The position numbers and the translations under genes were made by a program. The notes beneath the pieces are model-generated. The model did not search any database. It saw nothing but the letters and a program-made list of their open reading frames with translations, and was not told where the DNA came from. A stretch of DNA of 57,444 nucleotides, the filler included, from Sluysia triapertura (taxonomy: Eukaryota): assembly GCA_046118255.1 (NCBI GenBank). It is 4 parts of 4 records of this genome, joined end to end, with 100 filler letters (N's around TTAATTAATTAA, not from the genome) between each part and the next. Parts side by side here need not be neighbours in the genome. Positions count along the whole stretch, not along the records: positions 19,004 to 33,224 come from JBJNIA010002782.1; positions 33,325 to 45,041 come from JBJNIA010177140.1; 2 more parts are not named here. One strand, given 5' to 3'. How positions within the stretch are numbered: position 1 is the first letter of the stretch; the number at the start of each line of letters is the position of its first letter. This document shows, in pieces, positions 27,739-40,099 of this stretch.

Positions 27739-28040
27739 ATCCCCGATTTTACACCGACTGATTTTTTTCTATGGGGAGTTCTAAAGAATGCACTTTATGC
27801 TAAAAGAACCTAGAACAATTGGTCAACTAAAACAAAGTATTCAGCACGAATGGAACGAAATTTCAGAGGAAACTTGCCAGAAAGTATGTCGCAATGTTGT
27901 CAAAAGATGTCGTGCTTTTATTGAAATTCAAGGTGGACATTTTGAACATTTGTAAATACTAAATATACCTATTATATTTTTCGTTTTTGATATATATTTT
28001 TTATTTAACTTTGCGGTTCGGTTACTTCTGGGACACCCTA
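27739..28040 (+). mobile_element. 3' end of a Tc1/mariner-superfamily transposon with right TIR
   Basis: PDFTPTDFFLWGVLKNALY ... CRAFIEIQGGHFEHL* (stop 27953-27955). Terminal gttacttctgggacacccta followed by TA is the reverse complement of a CAGGGTGTCCCA-type TIR. Confidence 0.85.
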
Positions 28041-28598
28041 TATATAAGTAAATTTTTCTACATAATAATAGATTTTATTCTATAAATTTATCTACATTAA
28101 TCTTGTTTCGACTAGCATGATAGTAACGTAATGAATAATAGTGCCGTATTTGTAAATCTAACTACAGATAATGCATCTGTTTAATCATAATAACTACATA
28201 GAATAACCAATACTAACACACAAACAAACACCAATACAGTAATACATTAATATCTTGCATTACTTATGACTCATCCTGTACATTACATTATCGTACTTGA
28301 AAATGTCAAACATTCTTAAATACATAATAACTTGTTAAAAAAACTCACCAAAAAATTTATCTATTTTATCTATTAAATTTACATTACCAAAATAGTGTGT
28401 TTATAATTGGGCTATGAAAAATATCTAATGAAATTATTTAACCGTTTTTTGATACAACTGTCATTTTGATTATTTTTGAAAATTCAAAATCATCTGCATC
28501 TTTCAATTTCTTATTTGCCAAATTGACTAACGAATCACGTAAATACAAACCATTCTAAAATATATAAAGTGAGATTTATTATCACATAATAATAATAA

Positions 28599-29710
28599 TA
28601 GGACACACCCTATTTTTGCTGTATATACAAACACAATTTATATTATAACAAATTAACAATACTATTTAATAATACTATTTATAGTTTCCAATTTGAGTAC
28701 ATCTTAAATTACTATATTGCATTTAGTTAAATAAATTTCGTTTTAAAAGTATAGGACACATTATACAAACTTTTTATTTAAGAGACTATACAGCGTATTG
28801 TACAAAATTAGTATTTTATTGATGTTCCTGAGTTTTTCAATACATCTACGCACCTTTTTGTCGTCGAATTTATTTATACTTTTTATTTCAATCTTTTCCC
28901 AAGCATCCAATATTGCATTTTTTAACACGGATATATTGTTATACTGTTTTCCTTGACTAAGATAATTGAGATAATAATTGAGACCATACATTTTCTATTG
29001 GATTGAGGTCAGGAGATCTTGCTGGCCACTCTAACACTTTTAATCCCTCTTCACTGAACTTATTAAGTGTAGTTTTAGTCCCGCTGAAAGATGACATTGA
29101 TATTTTCTGGAAGTTTGACATACGGAAATACTACTTCTTTTATCAATTCATAGTACTTATCACCATTAAGAGTTGATTGAACCACACGTAAATTATGTCA
29201 CCCCATACCATAAATTCTCTTAGAAAATATTTCTTTTGAATCCTTTAGATGATGCCAATAGTATTTATAACCATCCAAATTAAATTTCAGTGTGGTTATT
29301 AATATGATTTTCGGCAAAGTTAATTCTTGCTCCTTTATGAGCATCAGTAAATGGAGGTTTAGCAACAAGCATTTTAATGAATTCAACATCACCACTATTT
29401 TTTAAGTGCAATTACATTGATTAATTAGATAACAAAAAGGTGTGTGTAGAGGTATTAAAAAACTCAGAAACATCAATAAAATACCAATTTTGTACAAATA
29501 AAAAGTTTGTATAATGCGTCCTATACTATTGACACGAAATTAACTAAATGCTATAGTGTAATTAAAAGTGTACTAAAACTGGAAACTATAAATAAGTAAT
29601 AGTTTATTCGTGTTTTATTTATTAAATAGTATTGTTAATTGGTTATAATATAAATTGTGTTTGTATATACAGCAAAATTAGGGAGTGTCCTACACTATTG
29701 AAACAGGATG
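28599..29710 (-). mobile_element. Internally deleted Tc1/Tc3-like transposon with ~260-bp IR-DR terminal inverted repeats
   Basis: Minus strand VLEWPARSPDLNPIENVW and KFNLDG-YKYYWH (Tc3-type). 28599-28860 is an inverted copy of 29432-29692. Each TIR has two gtcctaYact direct repeats. Right end followed by TA. Confidence 0.9.
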
Positions 29711-29869
29711 TATATATTTAACCATTTCGATACTGAATGCGCTCTCCATGACCGGACCATTTCACTTACGACATAAATCTTTATCAACGAACTTCACTGA
29801 GCGCCCATGGTACTAAAAGGGTTAAATTATACAAACTGAAAATGAGTAAATGTTCACATAAAACAATAA

Positions 29870-30790
29870 TCTCAATACTAACCATAGTCATAGATACTAA
29901 TCGAATTCTTTCAGTCGACGTCAATGTTTCTTCTGAGTTCTTCCAATAATTCTTGTTAATAAGAATTGGAAATCGACTCATCTGTGTATTGAATTTCTTT
30001 ACTAACAGTTGAACTGCTTTTTTGTCATTTTTCAGTTCCAGCATAGCTGCTGAAATTTCATTAGTCCAATAATAATGAAGTACGGCATTACAAATTTGTG
30101 ATGGATACTAAATATAATCATTATAAAACAAAATAATGTAATAAAATTATTATTATTAATTCCTAACAAGGTATCTAATTTAAGTACTTCATATAATTCA
30201 ATAGTACAATTTTCTAGAATGTTTATGATTGGATAATAAGAAATGAGAAATTAAAATTCTGATTTACTGATGAGTATTATTATAATTATACAATTTTAAA
30301 TTGTAATAGAAAATTGTCACATAATATAATTTATTTATCAATTTAACTAACTTTTTTCACCAAATCTTCCATATTATCACAATTTTCGATATATTTTATT
30401 CCCTCTTGACTAGCTAATTTCAACGATTCGCCAACTTCATGTTTAATATGGCTCAAAAATTGCACCACATCATCGCCAGCAATTATTTTATTATTAATAG
30501 TAACTTCATCTTTGGTTGGACTGATTACTTTTGTTACTTCAATCTTAATTAACAATATTCGAAATATTAAAAGAAAATTAAATTAAAGCAACGTTAAATT
30601 AAGAAAGAAATATTTCGAACAATGCATTTAATCTAAAAAGAATGAAAAACATAAATACTAGCAGATAGATAAACACAACCATCAAATAAATTATAATATA
30701 ACCAAACTAATATTGTAGGAAAATAATAGAAATTAATTATACAGAAAAAACTATTGGCTATAGTACAATATCCGAGAAAAGTACCGTACA
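29870..30790 (-). pseudogene. Axonemal dynein heavy chain fragment (linker region before AAA1), introns retained
   Basis: Exon 30543-30352 IEVTKVISPTKDEVTINNKIIAGDDVVQFL, GT-AG intron 30351-30108, exon from 30107 YPSQICNAVLHYYWTNEISAAMLELKNDKKAVQ...LTSTERIRL matching the DHC 'FPAQ.....WT' and 'L...ER.K' motifs. Upstream NLFDGCVYL remnant. Confidence 0.8.
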
Positions 30791-30793
30791 CAG

Positions 30794-31100
30794 TTGTGGT
30801 GACCCAGCCCACACCTCTCCACATATCACATGAACCATTTACGTAAATCTCAACACAAAAAAATACACCGTAAAATATTTTACACTATCATTCACAACAT
30901 TACACTACTTATTATTATAATATCACAAATACCTGGTAAAATTTCTTTTATTAACAATTTTTAATCAAACAATATTAAACCCAGTGTTCATTGCCATTTC
31001 TATTATCATTGTGACACGCTATCTTTTTTCTATTGTCTCCCGATATTTTATTTTTTATCCTTTGTTGCAACTTATCTGCTTGAGCATTCTCAACAACTCA
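30794..31100 (+). repeat. TTGTRGTG-headed C/A-skewed module (short copy) truncating the dynein fragment
   Basis: ttgtggtgaccca head, then C/A-rich tract, gtgaca at 31011. Confidence 0.55.
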
Positions 31101-31123
31101 TATGCATGACCAAATTAAAATGG

Positions 31124-33147
31124 AACAGACAAATAATCTATCTGAATTAAAACACAACAGAAACAGTCATTAATCGATGGTACTTTTGAAAAAGCAAAAA
31201 TACCACTAAACAATATGAATTACACACCGATTACACCCACCAGGCAGCACAGTGATTCAAGTGCAATATCGATTGTTTCAAATAATAATAATAATAATAA
31301 CAGAACAATGTAATTCCACCTTTTGAGCCTTTGCCAAAGACTCCAAATATTTCATATAACCTTGTATCGTCAAACATTTCACTCAATCAGTCACAAACTA
31401 ATTCAAATATTCTAAACTCAACCTCAAATGAAAATGGTGATTCAACACATAATAATAATAATTATAATAGTAATAATAATACGAATAATAGTAATAATAA
31501 TAAAGCAATCCAAATTATTCTATTCAAGTCTATAGTTCAAGTGATTTGATCACTGCGAGGATTTTAACTATTCAAAATCCAGACAAAACGGTAACTATGT
31601 CACTGATAATTCTGGATCTAATTTCGAATCAGTTAATGATATTACTAATACATCAGATCATCGTAGTTGTACAAATACAAACGGGAATACTCAAGATTAT
31701 GTTAGAATTAAAAAGCATCCCATTGATTATGGTAATGGCTGTCCTAAGTGCCGAAATTATGTTTAATTTTAATAATATTTGATACTACTTATAAAAATGG
31801 TGGTAGTAGTAGTATTCATGATAATAATAATTATGATGATAATGATGATACAGATGATAATAATGATAGTGATTATGATGATACAGATGATACTTATGAC
31901 GGTGATCATGATGATAATGATGACGATTATAAATATAGTTACGATGACGATGATGATTATGATGATAATAGTGTTTGATCCAATAAGGTTTTATGCAGAT
32001 GTGTGTACACTATATAAACATGAATTCAGTAATTTCAAATTACAAAGTTAATTTTAAAATAATTTGAAATGATAAGTATTATGTATGAAAGTGAACAATC
32101 TCGAACCCAGCCTTTTTGAACACAGTAATGGATATCAACTACGAGACCGTTATGAAGGTTCCAGTTAGAGATCAGATCCGAAAGCTGCTTAGATGTAATG
32201 AAGAGATAACACGTGATGACTTAATGTCAACGATGGTATTAGTAAATAAAACGACTGATAGTACTACGTCAGTCATATGTAATTCAGCCAATAATGATAT
32301 GTATCTTCATAATAAGCTTAATGTTAAAGTATTAGTAAATTAAATGACTGATAGTACTATTTTAGTCATATGTCATTCAGCCATTAATGATATGAATCTT
32401 CATATTAAGCTTAATGTTAAAGTATTAATAAATAAAAACCACTGATAATACTACGTCAGTCATGTGTAATTCAGCCAGTAATGATATCAATCTTCATAAT
32501 AAGCTTGATGTTAAAGGATTAGTAATAGTGACGAATGATAGTACTATGCCAGTCATACATCATTCAATTAATAATGGCATGAATTTTCATAATAAAATTA
32601 ATATTAAACAATTAGTAATAAAGAAGACTGATAGTATTTTGTCAGTCACACGTCATTCAGCTAATAATGCTATAAGTGTCCATAATGGATTTAATGTTAA
32701 AACATTTCTAATAAAAACGATTCTTTCTACTTTATCTACGTTGTATCAGTTAATAGATAATATTATAAGTTTTCATAATCAACTTAATGTTAAAATATTT
32801 GTAACAAATGGACAGCTGGTATTAAGTCAGTCATGTATCATTCTTTTGATAATGTTATATATTGCTCATTTGATGATATCCCATCTACTCATGATGACGT
32901 TAATGTTAGAAGCACATATGTGCAAACATGTGCATCCGGATCCAATTATAGAGCAATGTCCACGGACAGAAGTGCATTAGAAAGTAGTAGACTTATATAT
33001 CACCTATATATGTGTAACCAGATTGCTCCAATATATATCGACGGAGAAACGGTGTCAAGAATCTTAAGTATTATTCTATGGCATAACAATCCTGATCTGT
33101 TCGGAATCACGATGAATCGTCTAGAGTACCAAAATTGTTCGTTTTAA
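31124..33147 (+). pseudogene. Broken low-complexity (N-rich, D-rich) coding region with internal 31-aa repeats, product unknown
   Basis: Chain of same-strand ORFs 31331, 31748, 32116, 32462 and 32833 joined by frameshifts and stops. Confidence 0.4.
32236..32845 (+). repeat. Tandem repeat, 93-bp (31-codon) unit, about 6.5 copies
   Basis: Units start at 32236, 32329 and onward. Consensus peptide VLVNKTTDSTTSVICNSANNDMYLHNKLNVK, diverging toward the 3' end. Confidence 0.9.
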
Positions 33148-33224
33148 CTCATTTACTATAACTGTGTGTTAAGAATGATTATAAATACAAATTTGTGGAT
33201 AAAGAATAAATTTATGTTATATTA

Positions 33225-33324
33225 NNNNNNNNNNNNNNNNNNNNNNNNNNNNNNNNNNNNNNNNNNNNTTAATTAATTAANNNNNNNNNNNNNNNNNNNN
33301 NNNNNNNNNNNNNNNNNNNNNNNN
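33225..33324. other. Assembly gap with TTAATTAATTAA linker
   Basis: Same 100-nt structure as 18904. Confidence 0.95.
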
Positions 33325-33609
33325 GTTGTGATACTTCAATTTAGGTTGCTCGTCACAAAATTTAATTGTATCACTACTGGTTGTCCAACAAGAGTGAATT
33401 TCATCACTATTTTTATATTCCTCTGGTTGTACGGCCAATCAAGATGATTGAAAATGAATTGTAGTCAAAATTACTAAAAATAATTAGTAAGATTAGTGTC
33501 ACAAAAAATTTATCATAAGGACAAAAAAATTTGTGATTTACTGATATTTACTGATAATTAGTATAAGAGAGTTTCGTTCAGAATTATCTAACAATTGAAA
33601 AATAACGAT

Positions 33610-34975
33610 ATGATTTTCGAGCTAATTAATCAAAAGGTCGATCTTATTAATTTATCTTTATCAATAACTTCTGATTATTTCAAAAATCATTTTAGTACGA
33701 ATTCAAATATTAAAATTAGCAATTTTCAACGAGATGAATAAAATATTATTAAGATTTGTAATAATTTTCATGTTAAGGATATTATGTTAACGGCAATTGA
33801 TATTATGACAATATTAGATGGTGCGGAATGTCTAGAAGTGAATGGAAAAGTGATACGCGTAAAAAATTTATTGATCATATAGTTCATCAAACTAAATATT
33901 TCTATGACATTGAATATCTGGTTTATTTAGTCAAAAATACATCGAAATATAATATTCATTATAAACAATTAAAAGAAAATACTCTGAATTTCGTAATCCA
34001 AATTAGGCCATGTCAGTATATTTACTACAAAATATCTCAAAAGAGTTATATTTGGAAGATAAGTTAATACCTACATCCACACCAAAGCTGCATTATTCTT
34101 CTGTCATTAAACTTATACATATGAAACTAAATGATGTATTGGCAAATCCGTGGCGGATTATATTCATACAATATTTCTCAAACTATCCTACGATGAGACA
34201 AATAATCGTGACAATCAAATTGAGAATGAATGTCTAAGTTCATGTGAAAGTCTTAATTATGATTACCACAATACAAATAATCTGAAAATGGGGACAACGA
34301 CGGAATTTGATAAATCACCAGTCCTTAATAAAATTGTAGAACCTTTATCGGATCAAATAAATAGAGGAGTGCATATTAGTGTAGAAAGATCGAAAGACAT
34401 AATAAATTTTCGTGATTACAAAGATGTTAATGAATCAATTGATGAATTAATCAAGTCGAAAGGAATTGACGTTGTATTAATCTATTATAACGTTTATTCT
34501 CATGTCACTAATTACACTATACATGATAAAGTTTCAAAAGAAATCAGATCTGAAAGGATAAATCAAAAGGCATAATGTTCCGGGAAATGACTTACGAACC
34601 TATCAAACCAATGTTACAAGTTATTCTGAAGATACACAAAATACTCATGCTACCAAAATTAATCGAATGCTATGTCCTTATAAATCGAATTTCAACGGTC
34701 AATGTCTAAAATTTAGAGCTACGTGCAGATTTGCAAAGAATATCAACCAACTTGAAGAACCAATACTCTCTGGCAGCTTCCCAACATCACGTAGAAACAG
34801 ATTAGAACAGTTATTACTCTCCATGACGAAGAAATCAATAAATATGGAAATTGTCCCGAAGACGAAATTCTCGTGTCAAAACTACGAATCGGATTCAAAT
34901 AAAGTAAAAAATTATAAATCTAATAACAATTTTTTATTATTTATGACTTTTATTTTAGACGTCGGAACTTTATAG
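33610..34975 (+). pseudogene. BTB/POZ-like N-terminus ... Unkempt-type CCCH C-terminus (family copy 2), disrupted
   Basis: DMIFELINQKVDLINLSLSITSDYFKNHF has the BTB spacing D-x20-SDYF, and IMLTAIDIMTILDGAECLEV resembles the BTB C-terminal helices. C-terminal LCPYKSNFNGQCLKFRATCRFAK + RRNRLEQLLLS. Confidence 0.55.
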
Positions 34976-35205
34976 AACTTTTATAAAGTTGGAAGATTCA
35001 ACTTTAATTCATGTTTTAAATTTAATTATCAATAAATTTGAGGAATTTTTTCTTTTAGTTTAATCAATTTAGAAGTCACTTTCATAGCAACTGTTAAGTT
35101 TAAAGCTTTAATTTTTAAATTTCTTAAAAATTTTAGTAAATTAAATAAATTTAATAAGATAACGATGTTGTAATGTTAAATATAATTTTGATTTTATGTT
35201 AAAAT

Positions 35206-35969
35206 TCAATTTTCATTATAATAAAAAGATACATATTTTTGAGATTTATTTTTTAAATTCAAAATGAAAGCTAACAAATAACAATTACATAAAACTTTAT
35301 TTATTACATAGATAAAAGTTAAATATGCTGTCCTGAAGTATGCGACACGAAAATCTCCCGTTCCGTTATCTAAACAAAATATAAAAATTATTATACTATT
35401 ATTATCGGTGTATAATTTAATTACTTTAATTTCGTTATTAATCGTATCGTTATTGCTCGCGTTCAGATTAGAAGTTTCAAATGATCTTAAGATATTTCCG
35501 ATTCGATGAAGATGATTGATGTTTTGTAAAGAATTTGTGTATGAATTCATCAGTTCTTCTACTGTATGGACATATATACAGCTGTTCCCATATTTGACAC
35601 AATTTTCTTGTTTGTCGATATTGAATAGGTGCATTGCTCTTTTGATGCCATTACCAGGATCCACATTAGGCCAACGAGTTTGGCAAAAATTGTTTTGGAA
35701 TTCATCATCTTATAATGGTTAAGTTTGCAATCATCACCTTTATAGTCATTAAATTTGATGTCATCATCTTTATAATTTTTAGCTTTATAATCATTAATTT
35801 TAGAATCTTTAAGTTCGTAATCATTATTTCTATAATGGTTAAGTTGGTCATCATTAATTTTATAATATTTAGCTTCACACTCATCAATTTTGGCCACTTC
35901 ACTGAGTTTAAATAATATAAACATTTCGTTGATATTTTGGATACATAATGAAAAACATATAGGAATCAT
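35206..35969 (-). pseudogene. D/K/N/Y-rich ~10-aa repeats followed by an Unkempt-type CCCH (family copy 3)
   Basis: IKRAMHLFNIDKQENCVKYGNSCIYVHTVEEL (first Cys replaced by His) + HLHRIGNILRS. Upstream repeats DDQLNHYRNN/DIKFNDYKGD/DCKLNHYK. Frameshift near 35712. Confidence 0.6.
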
Positions 35970-36272
35970 ATTTCCTTTATGAAACGTGTCTAGATTAGTG
36001 AAATAGGATTTTTACGAGTGAGACTTTTTATTGTCGTACAACGCGTTTTAATTTATTTATTAAACAAAGAATCTAATTAAATAAACGAATTACTAATATC
36101 AATTGCGATTTCAGCCTTATCATTAAACTGGTAACTATTAGAAACATTCTCGTCATTGTTCTCTAGTTGTTCATTTAGACAAGGCTTTATCCATATGATT
36201 ATGCATATGTTGCACCTTTTCTGATTACATCATTTGACGTGTAAATACTTTCTTGGAAGACCTTCAAGCATA

Positions 36273-36794
36273 CTAAAACATGTGTTCCTTAATTTGTATA
36301 TCAACATTATAAATAGGATTAATACGTAATAACCTTTTTATTTGTCGGAATTCATCCATCATCTTTAGAACATCTTGAAGTGTGTAATTAGAACTTGAAT
36401 CAGAAATCCATATTGGATTCATTTGTCCGACAGACTTTGACATTCCAAAATCAGTTGTCTTTATCAAGCGATTACTAATTGCAAGAATATTAGCAGGTTT
36501 CAATCCTTTGTGTATCATTGCAGACGAATGGATGTAATTATGACCATCAAATATTTGGTACGTAAAATAACGCATATGATCACCAGAAAATTCTAGGATA
36601 GATGATATTATGCGATGAAAGTCTGTTTCCATTACATTAAATACTAATGATTAATTTAAACTAGAAGTTTGTGTAAGAAATATATCAACATTACTAATAA
36701 TTTTCGGGTGGTTGAAATGATTGATAGCTCTGATCTCACGTATACTTCTAATTAAATTTATTTTACTTTCAAGCAGATTTCGGATCTTTTGAAT
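36273..36794 (-). pseudogene. MAP kinase (ERK5/MAPK7-like) fragment, catalytically dead
   Basis: IQKIRN...RSIREIRAINHFNHPKII..*..METDFHRII....SGDHMRYFTYQIFDGHNYIHSSAMIHKGLKPANIL...IKTTDFGMSK. HRD is changed to HKG, there is one in-frame TAA and no TxY loop. DFGM is typical of ERK5. Confidence 0.85.
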
Positions 36795-36799
36795 ATCAT

Positions 36800-37885
36800 A
36801 ATATTGATAATTAAATTTTATTCTTCACTTTAAATACTGTGACAAGGCAGTTACATTTAAATACATAGTCAAGTGTGATATTTTATCGAGATTTGTTAAT
36901 TTTCATAATTGTTGTTATATTATTTTTAACGTTATTTTTCCGTAAACATGAAATTTTAATATTGTGGTTATTGTTGTGGTTATTTTTTAATAAGAGAATT
37001 TGTAATGAAGTGATTATTGATTTGTCATACAACCAGAAATGTTTTTTATGATAATAGTAGTACTTCTTGTTCTGGTTAGATGACCAATATAAATTAACAA
37101 CAAAATGAATAGTTATTGAATTACACTGTGATGCCAACCATTATCAACAGTGACATCAAATTATAAATGTAAATGAAAAATGTCACTTCCGATGATGGTT
37201 GCTACCCAGTTAATTAATCGTCTAAATTGAGTTAGAAATAAATAATGAAAATTAAAATGGTAATAGTAATAATAACAAAATATTATTATTACTAACTACA
37301 TACACCCTTTGTCTTTTAAAGCTTTCTATACGATCTTTCTTTTCTACTCTTTATTTTCTCGACATATTTGAGAGCTAGAGTTAAAATTATATGTATTAAA
37401 GTGTAAAAAGTTATGATTTAAGTACTTTAGAATAGTATGAATGTTACAATCGGTGATAAATGTGCATTGGTGTTTGGAAAGAAGTCGTGTTTGATTGTTA
37501 GGATTTAATGATAAAATATCGTGAGTTTAGAATTTTTGGAATGATTTGAAAGTGGTTGTAGTTTGATTGTTATGAAATGTCGAGTAACATCTTTTTGATA
37601 ATTAACTTAGTGTAATTTGATGGTATTAAATGTTATGAGATTGTAGATTTGAAGTGTTTTAAAAAGTGGAAGTTCATTTTGATGGATCTGAAAAGAAATA
37701 AGATATAAAAACGATAGTGGCGAATTCTGTGAGGTTGTTGTGTGATGTTGAAACGAGTATGATTTTAATTATTTTATGTTAGTTGTAGACTTTGTAAGTG
37801 AATGTTATATTGAAGACTTATGTGAAAGGATGTTTTTATGGATTTTTTAATAAAATTAATTAAGATAATAGGGTGGCCACCACAA
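36800..37885 (-). mobile_element. TTGTRGTG-headed module, full copy (minus) upstream of the MAPK fragment
   Basis: Reverse complement starts ttgtggtggcca, then C/A skew, purine block aaagagtagaaaagaaagat...aaagggtgtatgtagtt, AAT tract, and hairpin 37135-37201 alignable to 24745-24804. Confidence 0.65.
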
Positions 37886-37920
37886 ACGAACATAACATCA
37901 TCACATTTACATCTAAGTAT

Positions 37921-38280
37921 GTAGGCGGACCCTAACGTTATATATTTGCAAAGTTAAATAAATGTATGTGTAATTGTCATGCCAGAAGTTTTAGTGCTAA
38001 TAAAAATGTTTTACCTAAATGTGATTGCGAACATAATACTTTTGGCCAAGATTGTAAAGCTTGTGATGGTTTTTTGGCAAAAGGTTACTATTAATAAGCT
38101 GTTTGTTTATAAAATAAGATTGGCAATTCATTTCTGTTTTCTTCAATAAAAATTCTGGTAATTCCGATAGAATTTGTGTCAATTAGCAACACAATACCGT
38201 TGATACAAATTGTCATTAATTTCAAGATAGATTTTGTCATGATTGAACAAAACAACTATATCATCAATTTGCCTGTAAAA
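37921..38280 (+). pseudogene. Netrin-like laminin-EGF repeats fragment
   Basis: VGG..KCMCNCHARS.....KCDCEHNTFGQDCKAC and GNSDRICVN*QHNTVDTNCH*FQDRFCHD*TKQLYHQFACK follow netrin EGF1/EGF2 (VGGRCKCNGHA...[39 protein letters not shown]..ACK). Several stops. Confidence 0.8.
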
Positions 38281-40099
38281 GTGATGCTTCTAAACCAACT
38301 TTTGTAAATCAATCTACTATTCATTCCATTACTTCGACCACTAAAGAAATTGTTATTATTATCGGTCCAATGGTTAATAAATATACCAAAAAGAATCGAA
38401 ACAGAAGAAATTCGAGACAGAACGTGTAAGTTATCATTCCATTGTTATGTTGACTATATTAAAAAATATTTTTCTAATATGCTTACGTTATATTAAAGAA
38501 AATTTGTTGTGTAATTGATCAATTTCTTTCTTATTTTGGATATATCCAACTTCCATTAATATTAAAATTTTATTATTACGCCAAAATATTAAAAATTTTA
38601 TAAAAACAAGATCTTTTTGCGATATACATTCAGACATTAACAGAATGAAATGAAACTATATGAATATAAAACTATATTCATATCACGAATATATTTATGA
38701 TAATATCATTAAAATATGATTACGTCAAGAATTTTAAATAACTTAGTTGAGGCTCTACCAAACTTGACAGAGTTCATTTAGCTAGATAACATTGCATTCC
38801 AAACTCATACTTCAACAATAACTTTAAGGTGCACTAAAATAAACCAATAATTTATAATAACACAAAAATAATTTTTAAAGTTAATCAATGTTTAATTCAT
38901 AATATTTTTATAAATTTATATATTTATTTTGTTTATATAGTATATAGTATATAGTATATTCTAAACAAAAATAAATGCTATATGATTAAAAAATAATATC
39001 AATTTTATAAAACAATCACCTAAGAATTGCTATCAAAAAAAGAAGAAAAAATGTCAATATTTGAAATAAAAAATAGAAATAAAGATGTGTGTTTAATTAA
39101 CTTCATTTTTATATGATAATTTGATTTTTTTTCATGAAAAATTAATAGTTTTTTAAATTGTTTTAACTTTATCATTTACTTGATTACAACTATCTGATAT
39201 TAGATAACAAATTTTAAAAAGAAACAAAAGTTTTAAATGGTCTAACTTAAAAAATAGTTATTATAATTAAAAGTATAACAAAAAAATAAAACAAAACATT
39301 ATCACTTGAAATAATTTACATTCAAATTGTATGTCAACGTATTTGCATTTGAAATTTAAAACAAAATCTAATTATATAGTTCTCGAAAAATATAATGAAG
39401 TTAACATTTTCCACTTCACTTAATTACTATATGTAGGATATTTTGTTAATTTTTATTAGATATTTTATAAGAATATATATTTTACACTTAAATAATTTAG
39501 TTTGAGATTAATGTAATATTATGATAAGCGTAATAGTTATGCATAATTTACTCTTAATGTAATAGGCAATTTTCCTTATGAAAGTGGTTATTGCTTAAAT
39601 ATATATTAAATTTATTAATAAATAATACGTAATTTATGAAATATATACTAATTTTAATTGCAAGTGTGGATTGTACGGAATATTCGAATTAGGTGAATGA
39701 AAAATTATTTAACAGGGAAAGTTCTGAATGTATAAATTGTTTTCAATTTTCCGTTTATCTAATTTCTTATTAATTCACTTGTAGAGCAGCTTAAATTTTT
39801 AGTTTCTTTATTTTTTTAATAACATATTTTAAATAAATTTTAAAGAAATGAAGTGATAATTAATAATGTAAAAATGCAAAGATTATATCAAAATGCAATA
39901 CTGTTGTAGAAGAAAATAATGTAAATACATATTCTGTTTCCGCAAATGTCTAAACATGAATTATGTGGAAATAAATTAAATCCTACAAATATAATGCTGA
40001 ATTTTAATGATATGTATTTAATGTCTGAATAAATGGTGAGCCACTAATAGTATGTATGCTCATAAAATAAAATACTAATTGTTTGTATTATAATTAAAT

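Noticed and set aside
31779-32051. M/I-rich ORFs here and at 35705-35915
   Set aside because: Shifted-frame or antisense readings of GAT/AAT-rich low-complexity DNA.
32236-32845. CRISPR-like array
   Set aside because: Whole units are homologous with no unique spacers, and the context is eukaryotic.
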